Positions 44,951 through 57,770 of a DNA stretch of 64,000 bases are shown here, piece after piece. Position 1 is the first letter of the stretch. Each line of letters opens with the position of its first letter. Location: positions 356,624,001 through 356,688,000 of the forward strand of contig OZ024741.1 of the NCBI GenBank assembly GCA_964016885.1, written 5' to 3'. The position numbers and the translations under genes were made by a program. The notes beneath the pieces are model-generated. The model ran no database searches, was not told the origin of the DNA, and worked only from the letters and a program-made list of their open reading frames with translations. This DNA is from Eledone cirrhosa (taxonomy: Eukaryota).

Positions 44951-47900
44951 ATCATCATCATCATCATCATCATCATTTTACGTCCGCTTTTCCCTGCTTG
45001 CAAGGGTGGGACGGGTCTTATTCAGCACAGCATCTCTCCACTCGTCACGGTCCCTTGTCATCTCCACCGTGAGCTTCAATGATCTGAGGTCTGTTCTCAC
45101 CACCTCCGCCCATGTTTTTCGTGGTCTACCTCTACCACGTCTTCCTTCAACTAGCAATTCCTGGCACTTCTTCACCCATCGGTCATCCTCCATGCGCATC
45201 ACATGTCCATACCACCTCAGTCTCCTCTCCCGTACACTACATTCTATCCCTCTCAGACACAGTTTCTCTCTCAACACATTTATGCTGGGTTCACGCACAT
45301 TTACACTGCACATCCAACGGAGCATGCTTGCCTCATTTCTCTCCAGCTGTCGCATATCCTCTGCAGTTACTGCCCATGTCTCACTACCATGCAGCATCGC
45401 GCTCCTCACACAGGCATCATACAACCGGCCTTTCGTACGCAGGGAGAAACCCTTCTTCGTCAACAGAGGAAGCAGCTCTCTAAACTTCTTTCAACCCGTC
45501 CTTATTCTAGATACTATGGCCTCGGAACACCCTCCTCCCATGCTAATCTGATCTCCTAGGTACCGGAAGCTATCCACCACTTCTATAGCGCCCTCCTGCA
45601 TTTGAAAAATGTGTCTATCAATGCGACTTCTACTGTCTAATTTCCCTGTACATCTACTGCATACATATTTCTCCCTACCTGTTAGTTTGCCTGCTATCCC
45701 GCTACATCTCTTGTGTACCCAGGATCTGCATTGTGTGCATTTTATAGAATTTATGCCAGTTCCTTTTCTGCATATCGAACATGGCCATTTCCCTGACGGA
45801 ATCAGGGTTTTGTCCTCTTTTCTACTCATCAACACTTTTGTCTTAGCTAGAATCACTCTCAGTCCTCTTGCTTCCAACTGCTGTTTCCATAGCCAGAATT
45901 TATTCTCTAGCTTCTCTACTGATTCTGCTATAAGAACCAGATCGTCAGCATAGAGAAGTTCCCGTGGACAGCCAGTCTTAAACTCCTCTGTTATGGCTTG
46001 GAGGACTATAATGAACAAGAGCGGACTGAGGACCGAACCCTGATGTACTCCTACTTGTATCTGGAATTCCTCACTAAACAGCATTCCTACCCTGACTTTA
46101 CTGAGAGTACTTCTGTACAAAGTTTGCACTGACCTCACAAGCCATCCCTCAACACCTAGCTTCCTTAGGGACCACCAGATGACAGATCAGGGTACCCTAT
46201 CAAAGGCCTTCTCTAGGTCATCAAAGGCCTTCTCTAGGTCAACAAAGGCTAAGTATAGTGGCTTATTCTTCTCTAAGAACCTCTCTTGCAATTGTCTCAC
46301 CAAGAAGAGGGCATCTGTTGTACTCTTCCCAGGCACAAAACCAAACTGCATCTCATCTAGTTTGACCCTTTCTCTAATTAGTTGTGCTAAAATCCTTTCT
46401 GCCACTTTCATAACCTGATCTATCAGTTTTATACCCCTATAATTGCTCCTCTCCAAAGCATCCCCTTTACCTTTGTAGCAATTTATGAGAATACTGCTGC
46501 ACCAGTCTTTGGGTATGACACCACCATATATAGCCTGATTGATGATGCGTGCAACCAGTTTAGTGCCTACGTCCCCTGATGCCTTCAGCATCTCAGCAAC
46601 TATTCCCGATGGTCCGGCAGCCTTACCATTTTTCATTTCCCTAATCGCCTCTTGGACCCTATATTCGTCAATCTCAATAGCTGGTCCCTCTGTCGGATCT
46701 ACCAAGGATAATTTCTCTCTCTCCCATTCGTTCTCCACATTCATCAGTCTCTCATAATGACATTTCCAGGCCTCCTTTTTCTGATCATTCGTGACACTAA
46801 GTACACCGGCATCATCCCGGACACATTTATCTCCAACAACATCCTGATTTGCATTGACACACTGCCTTGCAATGTGGAACACCACACGCCTCTGATCTTC
46901 CCATCGCAGAACATTGGCAAACCTCCTACTCTCTGCCTCCCTGTGTGCTAAGTACACCTGACGTCTAGCTTCTCTCTTAGTGGCTGTATATTCTTCCCCA
47001 CTCCCACCCTTTTTCCAAGCCTTCCATACTAGTCTTTTGTCTCTAATAGCCTTATCTACTGTGCTGTTCCACCACCAGGTCACTCTCTGTCTGGTTGGAG
47101 CTCTGCTCCAGCCACAGGTTTCATCAGTAGCCTGCAGCAAGTTGTCATGTAAGAAATTCCAGTTATTATCTATGTCATACGTCTCTAAATCGTCTTCTTT
47201 TTCGTCATATACATCTTGAAGGGCTTTCCTAAATTTGTATTTTAGTGAAAGGTCTTTTAGCTTCCAGACCTTTCTTCTCCACACCTTCTTATATGTCTCA
47301 TTCCATCTGTTGCTTACTGAGATATCACTAACGACTAACCTGTGCTGTGGGGTACATTCTTCCCCAGGGTATGCCTTGGTATTAGACACTATCTGCCTGT
47401 CCCGCTGCCTAACTAGCAAGAAGTCAATCTGGCTTATGTGCTCACCAGATTTGTAGGTTATTAGGTGATTGGCAGGTTTCTGGAAGTTTGTGTTGCAAAT
47501 AGTCAATGTACCCGCATCACAAAATTCAAGAAGTCTCACTCCTTCTTCATTTCTTGAACCGTAACCGTGCCCACCATGAACCCCAGTGTAACCATCCTGG
47601 AGCTGTCCAACATGACCATTGAAGTCGCCTGCTAGCATAACGATGTCTCCGTCCTCTGTCATTGCGGTTGTTTGCAAAAGTTGCTCATAAAAGCAGTCTT
47701 TCTCATCTTTGCCTGGGCCTGCTTGAGGCGCATAGGCCGAGATGATTGTCAGTAGTCTCCTACCTACAACTAATCTAAGCTTAATTATTCGATTACTAAC
47801 TCGAACTACCTCTATTGTCTTATTGATCCATTTCTCAGCCAGGAAAATGCCTACTCCCCCTAGCCCATCATCCTTACCTACCCAGAATAGCTTATAGCTA

Positions 47901-48257
47901 AGACGCTTGCCTACGACTAGTCTCGCAGAGGCACCTCTCCATCTCACCTCTTGCACGCAGCACACATCCACTTGCCTTCTCTCCAGCATCTCCGCTATTT
48001 CAGCAGATCTACCTCTGAGAGTGCCAACATTTAGTGTTGCAACTCTGAGATGCGACGTCTTCATATTTTGTTGTTCCTATTTGTTGCTGTGCTGATAAGC
48101 GTTTTGGCATTGATACACTGGTTGGATGCCCTTCCTAACACCAGCGCCACTTTACAGCACGGACTGGGTGCTTTTATTTGTGCCACCAGCACTAGAGAGG
48201 ATGTCTTACTAGACTCAAGGGCCCTCTCTACCCCTCCATTTTACAGCATGGTCATTA

Positions 48258-48260
<3 letters not shown>
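44951..48260 (-). mobile_element. Near full-length RTE-clade LINE: one 1029-codon frame 48064-44978 with two nonsense codons; APE + RT + embedded PHD; (ATG)n tail
   Basis: The three ORF-track pieces are in one frame, with TGA at 46187 and 45491; motifs LNVGTL, VCCVQE, GDFNGH, DLEKAFD, HQGSVLSP, LYADD; in-frame 21-bp duplication (LEKAFDD); (TA)n on both sides; lies in the last ACSS1 intron. Confidence 0.93.
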
Positions 48261-48288
<28 letters not shown>

Positions 48289-49449
48289 TATACAAATGTT
48301 TTAAGGCCATTTTTCCTGCTACAGAATGACTTAGTCTTGCAGGCTCTATGACAAGTTTCTCCGTTTTGCCCTATTATTTGCCAACTTCACCAACTTCCAT
48401 TTTCTTTTCCATTGTTTTTAGCCATGTCATTCTTGGTTTGCCCTCCTTTACCTCTTTCCGCAATCATTTCTATCACTCTTCTCACCCAGTCATTTTCTCT
48501 TTCTTCAACACATGACCCAACCATCTCATTCCATTTCTCTTCACAACATTCATCACTGGTTCTATTCCCATCATCATCATTTTTCATCATTTTACGTCCG
48601 CTTTTCTTTGCTCTATAAGCAATACTCCACTCATCCACTGGACCATTCTCACTTCAATTCTTTCCAGATTTCTCTGCTGCTCCACGTTTATCACCCATGC
48701 TTCCTTCCCATAAATCCTAACACATGCAACATACACCTTTCCCTTCAGTTTCAGTAATATTCTCTTCTTCATTAGTGCATCATTCTGTTCTTGTGCACAT
48801 CTCGCTCTAGATATTGTTTGGGAGTCTCATCCACCTTTGCCATTCAACATAGGTAACAAAACGTTTCCACACACACACACGTCGTCGTCGTCGTCGTTTA
48901 ACATCCTTTTTACCTATTAGCAAGGGTTAGACAAGTCATCACAGACCAGTCAGTATGCAGCTGGAGCTACTGACCTTTCAGGTGGGCCCAGAAGGGAGGG
49001 AGAATGGGGTGCGATTGCACCTCACTAACATATGTTCCTATACTCTGCCAAGTGGTCTCACACACACACACACATCATCATCATTTAATATCCATTTTCC
49101 CAACTAGCAAGGGTTGGACCGATCATCACTGACCAAGTCAGTACAGAAGCAGAGATACTGACCTCTCAGATGGGATGGGGAAGGGGGTGGGGCTGCATTT
49201 CACCAACATACGATTCCACACTCAACTAAGTGCATTTTCTCATGGCACCAACACTAAGGAGGTTGTAATGTCTTTGACACAGCTGAAAAGTCCTCACAAT
49301 CCTTTGCTTGGCAGGTTTTCTATGGCTGGATGCTCTTCTTATCACCAACCAGTTTACAGAGTATATTGGAAGATTGTCATGTATTTGACACAACTGAAGA
49401 GTCCCATATATGAATACATATATATACACACAAACACTATGTAAATTAC

Positions 49450-49571
49450 CTGAACAACATCTGGTTGAGCAAAACTTGTTATTTGTGTTTTTACTATTAA
49501 CTTTAGTTCATCTTGAATGTCACAGCTGTCTTCAGAAATGTCATCCTTTAGAACAACAAATGCATATATAC
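49450..49571 (-). CDS. ACSS1: ACSS1-like exon
   Basis: (G)IYAFVVLKDDISEDSCDIQDELKLIVKTQITSFAQPDVVQ; AAG acceptor, GTAATT donor; phases fit both neighbours. Confidence 0.88.
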
Positions 49572-50349
49572 CTTGAATTTAATAAAAAAAAAAAATCTGA
49601 ATATTTTTTTAACTTTAGAGAATATTTTGAAAATTCATATTTACAAAAATAATATAGCTTTTCTCTATAGTTATGTAAATTAATATCAAATCTATAAATA
49701 ACAAAATTTACAAATTATTTCTCAATTTCTAAATTATAAAAGCTCCAGTTATTTCTCAAAACTTATAGGAAGTGTCCATGTCCCTGAGCCATACAAGAGG
49801 GTGACTTAGTGAGAGAGCAAAATATACTGATTTTAAAAGGATTGGTTTAAATCAGATGTTCAAATATTGGTCAATTTGTTGCAAGTGGATCATATTATTG
49901 ACTTCTGGATGAGAAAATCATTTTATGAACTCATTATATATGAAGCTAATAGGTGTTGAATTGGTAGAATCATTAGAACGTCAAATAGACTGCTTTATGG
50001 TATTCGTTCCAGTTCTCTGCTCTCGGAGTTCAAATCCTGCTGAGGTCAACTTTGCCTTTCATCCTTTTGAGGTCGATAAAAAAAAGTACCAGTCTAGTAC
50101 TGGGGTAGATTCATTTCCTCTCTCTCTCTCTCTCACTTTTTAATTTTCTCTGGAAGAAATCTGTTGTATTCTTGCCTGGAGAGGGATGGGCTCCGCCAGG
50201 CTCAAAATGCCCAAGAAACGCTGTGTGTCAATACAGTGCCCCTATGACTCTATCAGGAGTTATGGGATCATACCATATATGAAGCTAGTTATTTAAAATC
50301 AATAAAATAAGTGAAATATATACACAATAAAGTTATGAATATTATTTAC

Positions 50350-50413
50350 CTTCTCCTTTGATATCATGTGGAAAACTAACCACAGCAGATTCTGCAACAG
50401 CGCTATGGTTTGC
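50350..50413 (-). CDS. ACSS1: ACSS1-like exon
   Basis: ANHSAVAESAVVSFPHDIKGE(G); AAG acceptor, GTAAAT donor. Confidence 0.9.
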
Positions 50414-50621
50414 CTTTGAAGAAAGAATTACATAAAGATTCATAATAATTTCTTTTATAGAAATTTTAGAAAATGGGTTTCTTCCAAAGGGTTTCTACAG
50501 TAACATTACAGAAGAAGAAGAAGAAGAAGAAGAAGAAGAAATCTCCAGCCTCTTCAGAAGAGAAGGAACATAATTGATTTGAATTGAAAAAATGTTGAGA
50601 AATAGAACAAAGAAAACTTAC

Positions 50622-50749
50622 TATAGCATCCTCAATTTCAGCTGTGCCAAGCCGGTGGCCACTAACATTGATGACATCATCTACTCTGCCTGTAATACGA
50701 TAGAACCCATTTTCATATCGTATAGCATTGTCTCCAGTGAAATAAAAAC
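50622..50749 (-). CDS. ACSS1: ACSS1-like exon
   Basis: (G)[42 protein letters not shown]; AAG acceptor, GTAAGT donor; GTAEIEDAI is the ACSS1-type signature. Confidence 0.93.
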
Positions 50750-50951
50750 CTTCAAATGAAAAAGAAATTTGATATATTAAAATAGAAAAAGAAAAAAAAG
50801 GAAATTTAATGGATTAAAAAAAGACATTTGAAAAGACATTTTTTTTTATTTGAACTTGTTCATTTTTTTTACGCATGAGTGGTTTAAGAGTGTTCAACTG
50901 AACACAAGCAAAACTAAAAGGTTAGTATTAAATGATTGGCTTTTTTCCCCT

Positions 50952-51176
50952 TTAACCCTTTACCATTTACACTATGCTATATTTACTACTATATTTTCAT
51001 GGTAAAGACTTTACCTCACATAATTATCTCATGTAATATTGAATCTATGAGATTTTGATATTTATTTTGAGAACAATACCTTAACATCAGTATGAGTGGC
51101 CAGTTACGGCCAGTTTGAACAGAAAGAGGTGAGATAATTCTGGCTAGACACAGCCAATTTAAATCTAAAGGGTTAA
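50952..51176. mobile_element. TTAA-flanked piggyBac-type MITE
   Basis: TTAACCCTTT...AAAGGGTTAA termini; related copies near 29340-29541 and 37395-37790 (the latter interrupted by a SINE). Confidence 0.65.
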
Positions 51177-52459
51177 GTGTGTTTCACTGAACACAAGCAA
51201 AACTAAAAAAATTAGCATTAAATGATTGGTTTTTTTCTGCTTTACTGTGGAAAATAGGTCAAATTGTTAAACAATATGTATTAGTCATATTCTTGGAATT
51301 CACTCAAAATCTCATATATAATTCAATATTCATATATAACAGAGATAGGTGGCAAATTTTCAGAGTTGTCAGAACATCAGATATAATGCTTTGCAGTATT
51401 CAATCTGGCTCTCTGCACTCTGAGTTCAAATCCCACCAAGGTCAACTTTGTCTTTCATCCATTTGAAGTCGATAAAAAAGTATTGGTTCAGTACTAGGAA
51501 CAATTCTTCCTCTATATTTCTTTCTTACTTCTTCTCTATCACTCTCTCTTCTTCTCTGAAAGAAAGTGTGTTCAGCCTTGGAGGAGGATGGTCTCTGTCA
51601 TGTCTAAAATATCCAAGAAATGCTGAATGCCACAACAGTGTCCCTATGATTTCATTAGACGTTACAAGTCTATAAGAGGATAAGCTAAGTCAAGAACTTG
51701 TGGCTCTGGAGCCTCATATGGCTCGTTACCCTATCTCAAGTCACTCTTAGACGCTCTGAAATTCTTTACATTATTTTCATTTATTATCATAAGCACCAGT
51801 AAGGCACTGGAGTAATTGCTGGCCTTGTGCCAAAAGTAGAAACAATTATTATTAGGGTGGTGGATTGGCAGTATCGGTAAAGTGTCAGACACTATGCTTT
51901 GCGGCATAGAGTTATGGCCCTTTGCATTCTGAGGTAAACTCTTCCTTTCATCCTTACGGGGTTGATGAAATAGAGCACTAGTAATGCACTGGGATAATTG
52001 CTGGCCTTATGCCAAAAGTAGAAACAATTATTATTATTATGACCTGGACATTGAAGCAATTTGAGATAAGATTCAAAGCCAAAACTAACATTCAGTGAGA
52101 AAAAGAAGTTAAATTGATTTCTATTGAATGTATTTTTGTTTATAATAAATTATACAAGTCTGATAGTTTCAAAATTTTTTAAAGCTAAAAATAGGTATTC
52201 AGATTTAAAAGGGACCCATCTCCTTGTACTCACAAGTCCCAAATAATAGGGTGGGGGAATAAGCAAGGTGTGTGTGGAAAATCGGTAATTTTTCTAGGTT
52301 GTCTCCCTCGATTTAAAAAAAAAACAGAATTAGTCGTTTAGTTTACATATTGAGACCCACAACTCATCCTATTTATTTTATAATGTATGTGATTTCTTGT
52401 AATGTTCTTTTTTTGTCATATAAAATGTGTTTTAATATCTAAAGAAAATTGATTGTCGC

Positions 52460-53900
52460 AGGAATGCCACCATTTATCACTCACGTAGATGTTAAAGAGC
52501 ATTGTTGCCAGGAGGGAATCTTGAGAAAGGTCATCATTCAGGGTTCTGGTTGAACTTGTTTGACCTCCTAGTGATACTAAGGATGTTCATAGTCACCTGG
52601 CAGTTGATGGTGCGTCATGCCTTCCGAAGGAGGCCATGTTTCCATACAGTATTGTATGCAGAAGAGAGATCGACAGAGCAGCACCTGTCTTGAGATCTCA
52701 TTCATAGCCAACTTTGATGAAGGTAGTGAGGGTGAGGATTTGATAATTGCAACTCCTTGTAGCCTGAAGCCTGCTTGTTACTTAGGCAGGGCTGGTTCTA
52801 CTAAAGGGCAAGCCTAACCAAGAAGAGTCATTCAAATAGCTTGTAAGAGGTACAGAGGAGAGAGATTGGCTGGTAGTTTTCAGAATCATCTGCAGGTTTC
52901 TCGGGTTTCAGGATGGCGATGACCTTGGCTTCTCTTCAGATCTTCAGGATAACTCCAGTTGAGTAAATGACTGTGAAGAGAGAAGCTAGACATTCTTGGG
53001 CATTTGGACTGGAGTTCTTTAGGAATTCAGAATAGATGCCATCAATTTACCTTGCCTGCTTTGTTGGATGAAAGGCCAGTGTCTATCTCACTTATGGTGT
53101 AAGATCTTACAAGTGGGGTACTTTTCAGTGAGGATGAGTAGGCTGATGAGAGATTCTTGGCATGCCTCCTTGACTGAAGGTACCTTGAAGTTGAGAAGAA
53201 GGCAATTACTTGAAGTTGAGAAGAAGGCTGGTGCTGAAAGAGAGATGTTACACCAAGTCATCAAAGGATATACCATACTTTCCTACTAGAGTGAGTGAAA
53301 TTCAACTCTTCCATCGTTTCCTGCTAGTGTGTCTATCTAGTTGAGTCATGAAAGTCTAAGAGCTCTGCAGCAATGTCTGAATCACCTGAGGCAGGCCTCA
53401 GAGCTCTTCAGACTCTGGGAGCCAGCATGAGGTATAAGATTGACAGAAACCTCGCAGGATGTGGTTCTTGGCTACATCCTTCAGAATCTTACAAAATGAA
53501 GTATAATTCTTGGGAACAGGTTCCAAGTTGATTTGTTCCTCTACCTTTGAGCTGATGGATTCTCAATCAACCTTCTTGAAGTTCCACCATGGCAGTGGCT
53601 TGGATTATATAACAGGAATCTCTATGCTGATGTGTATCACAGCTGTGTCGGAAGTGAGGGAGTATCTTGTGAGAAACCTGAACAGGATGTCCATTGATTG
53701 ATTTGGAGAGTTAGGAGAGGTCTGTGTTGTAATCCTTCTTCCAGCGACTAGAATGGAATGTGCCAGGTTGTTTGGCATCATGGAGAAGATAGTGGTCACA
53801 GGTTGAAGCTCATGCCTCCAACTGTTCCCCAGCCTCGTTGTCTGTGGCATGAAGAGTAATGGGGTGGGAAATGGCAACCTTCACATGGTCCACTCTGTAT
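52460..53900 (-). mobile_element. Decayed APE-RT LINE fragment, Ingi/Vingi-like
   Basis: LLHDAKQPGTFHSSRWKKDYNTDL, KPADDSENYQPISLL, VDLSSAYNTVWKHGLL, QDSLLATMLFNIYVSD. Confidence 0.65.
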
Positions 53901-55065
53901 GGAATTCATTCCAACTAATACCATAGCACAATATATGCACATTTAAGTCCGTAATAATTGTTTCTACTTTTGGCACAAGGCTAGAAATTATTCAGTGCAT
54001 TACTTGTACTTTATTTTATCAACCCTGTAAGGATGAAATGCAAAGTTAACTCAGAACGTAAAGGGCCACAACTCCATGTTGCAAAGCATGGTGCTGCGGC
54101 TCTACCGATACTGCCAATCCACCGCCCTTAAGTCCATAATAAGGTGTGTAAGTAATAGTAAAATCAAAAAAACCCAGTGAGTTAATAATACTTTAATTTA
54201 TCGACCCCGTAAGGATGAATAGCAAATTAACCTCGGTGGGATTTGAACTCAGAACAAAAGGGACACAACTCTATGTCACAAAGCACGTTGTTCAACACTC
54301 TAATACTGCCAATCCACCACCCTTGTGTGTAAATAATAGACTCATGTTCCACTTTGATGATAAAATAATTACATCAAAGTGAACCCGTTTGTCAATATGG
54401 CATCTTTACGATTTCTTCAGGAGTTATGGGAGAAAACTAAAAGTTTTTTTTTTAAAAATAGAATCAAAGGAGACAACTTAATACCACTGTTCACTCTTGA
54501 ATTTTTTTTTACTAATATAAATAAAAAAAAAAAAGAAAACCTTCAGGATATCTTTCAAAGTATTAAAAGGGGTTTCTCTGTCAAGTTTTAAGTAAACACA
54601 ATCGTCCTTATAATTAATTTTACAAGTTTCAGCTTAGCCTTCTGAGAATTTTACATCTATCAACATTTCAACTAGCAATTCAACTTGGCCAAAGTTTAGG
54701 AAAATTAAGAAAAAGGCTCTTAATTCTTGATGAAGTCAAAGGTCAAAGGGGCACCTTTGTGGCATAGTGCGTGTCTTGGGCATTTTAAACTTGACAAAGT
54801 CCATCCCTCTCCAGGCTGGATCACAGCTGATTTCTTCCAGAGAGAGAGAGGGGGAGATGAACCAATCCCAGTTGTAGGCTTGTACTTTATCTATCAACCT
54901 AAAAAGGCAAAGCTGACCACAACAGAATTTGAAGTCAGAGTATAAGGACCAGAAAAAATACTCAAGCATTTTTAATTTGATGTCTTAACAACTCTGCTAA
55001 TTAGCAGTCTTAATTATATGATGTAAATTGTAAATCATATTTATAAAATTACAATTTTATCTTAC

Positions 55066-55192
55066 CTAAGCCAGATTTGAAATATGTATCCATGAATCGA
55101 CTTTTCCCACCATAGATTGTTCTGCACATGCCAGGCCAGGCTTGTTTAATACATAGCAGTCCCTCTTTGTTGTCACCTTTTAATTCATTATT
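55066..55192 (-). CDS. ACSS1: ACSS1-like exon
   Basis: NNELKGDNKEGLLCIKQAWPGMCRTIYGGKSRFMDTYFKSGL(G); CAG acceptor, GTAAGA donor. Confidence 0.9.
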
Positions 55193-55198
55193 CTGTGA

Positions 55199-56530
55199 AT
55201 AAAAGTTGATGGATCAGGTCATAAAAGTTGCTGAAAGGGTTATAGCACAATGAAATAGGGACAGAATCAGGTTAGATGAGATGCAGTTTGGTTTTATGCC
55301 AAGCAAGGGTACTACTGATACCCTCTTTCTGGAGAAGTACATAGCAAAGAGTAAGCCACTGTATCTGGCGTTTGTAAATATGGAGATGGCCTTTGACAGA
55401 GTCCCATGCTCTGTGATTTGGGGGGCACTTAGGAAGCTAGGTGAGGGCTGTGCAATAAAGGTACAACCAGCAAAGTAAAAATTGGCCATGAGCACAGTGA
55501 TAATTTTGAAGTGTAAGTGAGGGTCCAACAGGGCTCAGTCCTCAGTCCACTTCAGTTTATCATTGTCTTTCAGGCCATCACTGAGGAGTTTAAAGCTGGC
55601 ACTTCATAATAGCTGAAACCCCTATACGCTGATGACTTAGTCCTTATAGCTGAATTCATAAGAGAATTAGAGGCAAAATTTCAGAATTGAAAGGCCTAAA
55701 AGGCCTAAGCAAAAATGAAAGTCTTAATAAGTAGGAAATAGGACATAAGGCTGATACTGTCAAGAAAGTGACCTTGTTAAATATGTCAGAGAGGGGTGAG
55801 CAGAAATTCCATGAGGTGCACACAGTGTAATCTATGGACATACAAGAAATGTAGTGGGATTGCAGTTAGGCTAATGGAAAAGATAGACTTTGTATGTAGC
55901 ATATGCACAGAAGAAGTGAGCACTAAGAGCTTGTGTGAAATAGATACATTCAGCTGCCAGAAGGGCTTCTTAGAAGTAGTTGACAGCCTTTGTTATCTAG
56001 ACAATCTAATTAGCAGTGGAGGAGGATGCACCAACAGTGTGATAACTAGGATAGGAACAGACTGGAAGAAGTTATGAGAGCTGTTACTGTTGCTGACAAC
56101 AAAGGGCTTTTCACTCAAAGTGAATGGTAGGCTGTATGGTGCATGTGAGCAAACTGCAATGCTACATGGCAATGAAATATGGGCTGTGACTTGCAGAGGC
56201 TAGAAGGAAATGAATTGAGTATGCTCTGATGGATGTGATATGTTAACATGCATGAGCAACAGAACATCAGCAAACTGAGGGGAAAACTTGGCATAAGAGG
56301 AATTGGATGTAGTGTGCAAGAGAGAAGATTGCATTGGTATGGACATATGTGTATGTAAGATAGCAGCTGCATAAAGAAATGCATATAAATCTCAGTGGTT
56401 GGGACCCATGGAAGAGGCAGACCCAGGAAGACTTGGGACGAGGTAGTGAAGACTGACCTTAAAAAACTAAGTCTCACAACAGAGATTGGGTCTATGTTGT
56501 GCTGATGGAAACCTGGCCACAAGCATTCAA
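55199..56530 (+). mobile_element. Decayed RTE RT-to-3' fragment in an ACSS1 intron
   Basis: KLMDQVIKVAER, MQFGFMP, YADD, PHD remnant CTQCNLWTYKKC. Confidence 0.8.
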
Positions 56531-56991
56531 TGTGATCTGACTTATCCCTGTGTTTCCTCCTTCAACTAGAATTCTCCAGCAGCTGTCCTCACCACTACTG
56601 TACACCCCAGTACTACTCCTTAGTTACTCCTTCCTCTAAAGCCCTTAGATACCCTCACTATCACATCCTAATAGTTACTCTCTCTGCCCCGTGCACCCCT
56701 CATCACCACTTTATATCTGCTTTCCATGTTGACATGGGTTGGACAGGCCACCATAGTCTGAGATAAGAGACGGTTGGATAACCACATCTTGCTCACATGT
56801 TCGATATTTTGGCAATTTGTTAATTGTCATTAAATTTCAAAAATTTCTAAAATAGTAAGTGTTTAATTGACTTTGGATATATTACACACCCAACTGGTCT
56901 AAGCAGAACTGGAATAAAAAAGGACAGAAACTTAATATTATTATTATTATTATTATGAGGAGGTGGAGTTGTGAAAAATGCTGCAACATAC

Positions 56992-57104
56992 CGCTTTGTC
57001 TATCAAACAGGGTTCAATGCCATAAAATGGCCTCATTGGCATAGCTGGAAATATTTCTGCTTTAGGATTTGATGGTCTTGGAGAAATGAGAATCCCTCCT
57101 GTCT
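56992..57104 (-). CDS. ACSS1: ACSS1-like exon (earlier exons not found, presumably beyond the window)
   Basis: (E)TGGILISPRPSNPKAEIFPAMPMRPFYGIEPCLIDKA; CAG acceptor, GTATGT donor; resembles the ACSS1 PRPS..AEI.PAM.MRPF segment. Confidence 0.9.
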
Positions 57105-57424
57105 CTGAAATATTTCATATATATAGCTGTTAGTTTCACAATTAAATAGATAACGGTTTCTAATTTTGGCACAAAGCCAGCAATTTTGGGGAAGGAAAAG
57201 TCAATTTTATTAACTCTTGCAGACAGTAAAGAACCAGAACAAATACTGCAATGGCATTGTATTTGACGCTCTACTGATATTGCCAATCCACTGCCCCCAT
57301 AATCAAATAAACAATAAGAAAGAAGAAAAACAAAATAAAGAGAACAAAGAACAAGGAAGACAAGAAAAAAAAAGAATAGGGAAGTGAAAGAAACATGTAT
57401 TTTAACAAGACTGAAAATTTATGG

Positions 57425-57770
57425 AACACCCATGGACATGCTTACAAAGTCAGAAAACAGCATAGCTCCCATGGCTTTCAGAAACATTTTTTCATGCTTA
57501 GAGTTGCTGAAGCATGGAACAAACTACCTACATCAGTTGTTAGCTGTCGGGACACTGCATCCTTCAAAACTTCTATGCTTCCTGAAATTTGCCAACACTA
57601 CACCTGATATTCCCCCTCCACACACACACATGCACACATGTGTCTGTGTGTATCATGACTTATACACTGTTCACTTTCCTGACATTTGTACATTATTCTA
57701 TGTACTTTATTATATGCACCTTTGATGAGTTGTGCACCTGAACACTGTACACAATAATTATTATTATCAT
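57425..57770 (+). mobile_element. CR1-type LINE 3' fragment
   Basis: HGHAYKVRKQH..FFMLRVAEAWNKLP plus a 3'UTR shared with 120-470. Confidence 0.75.
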
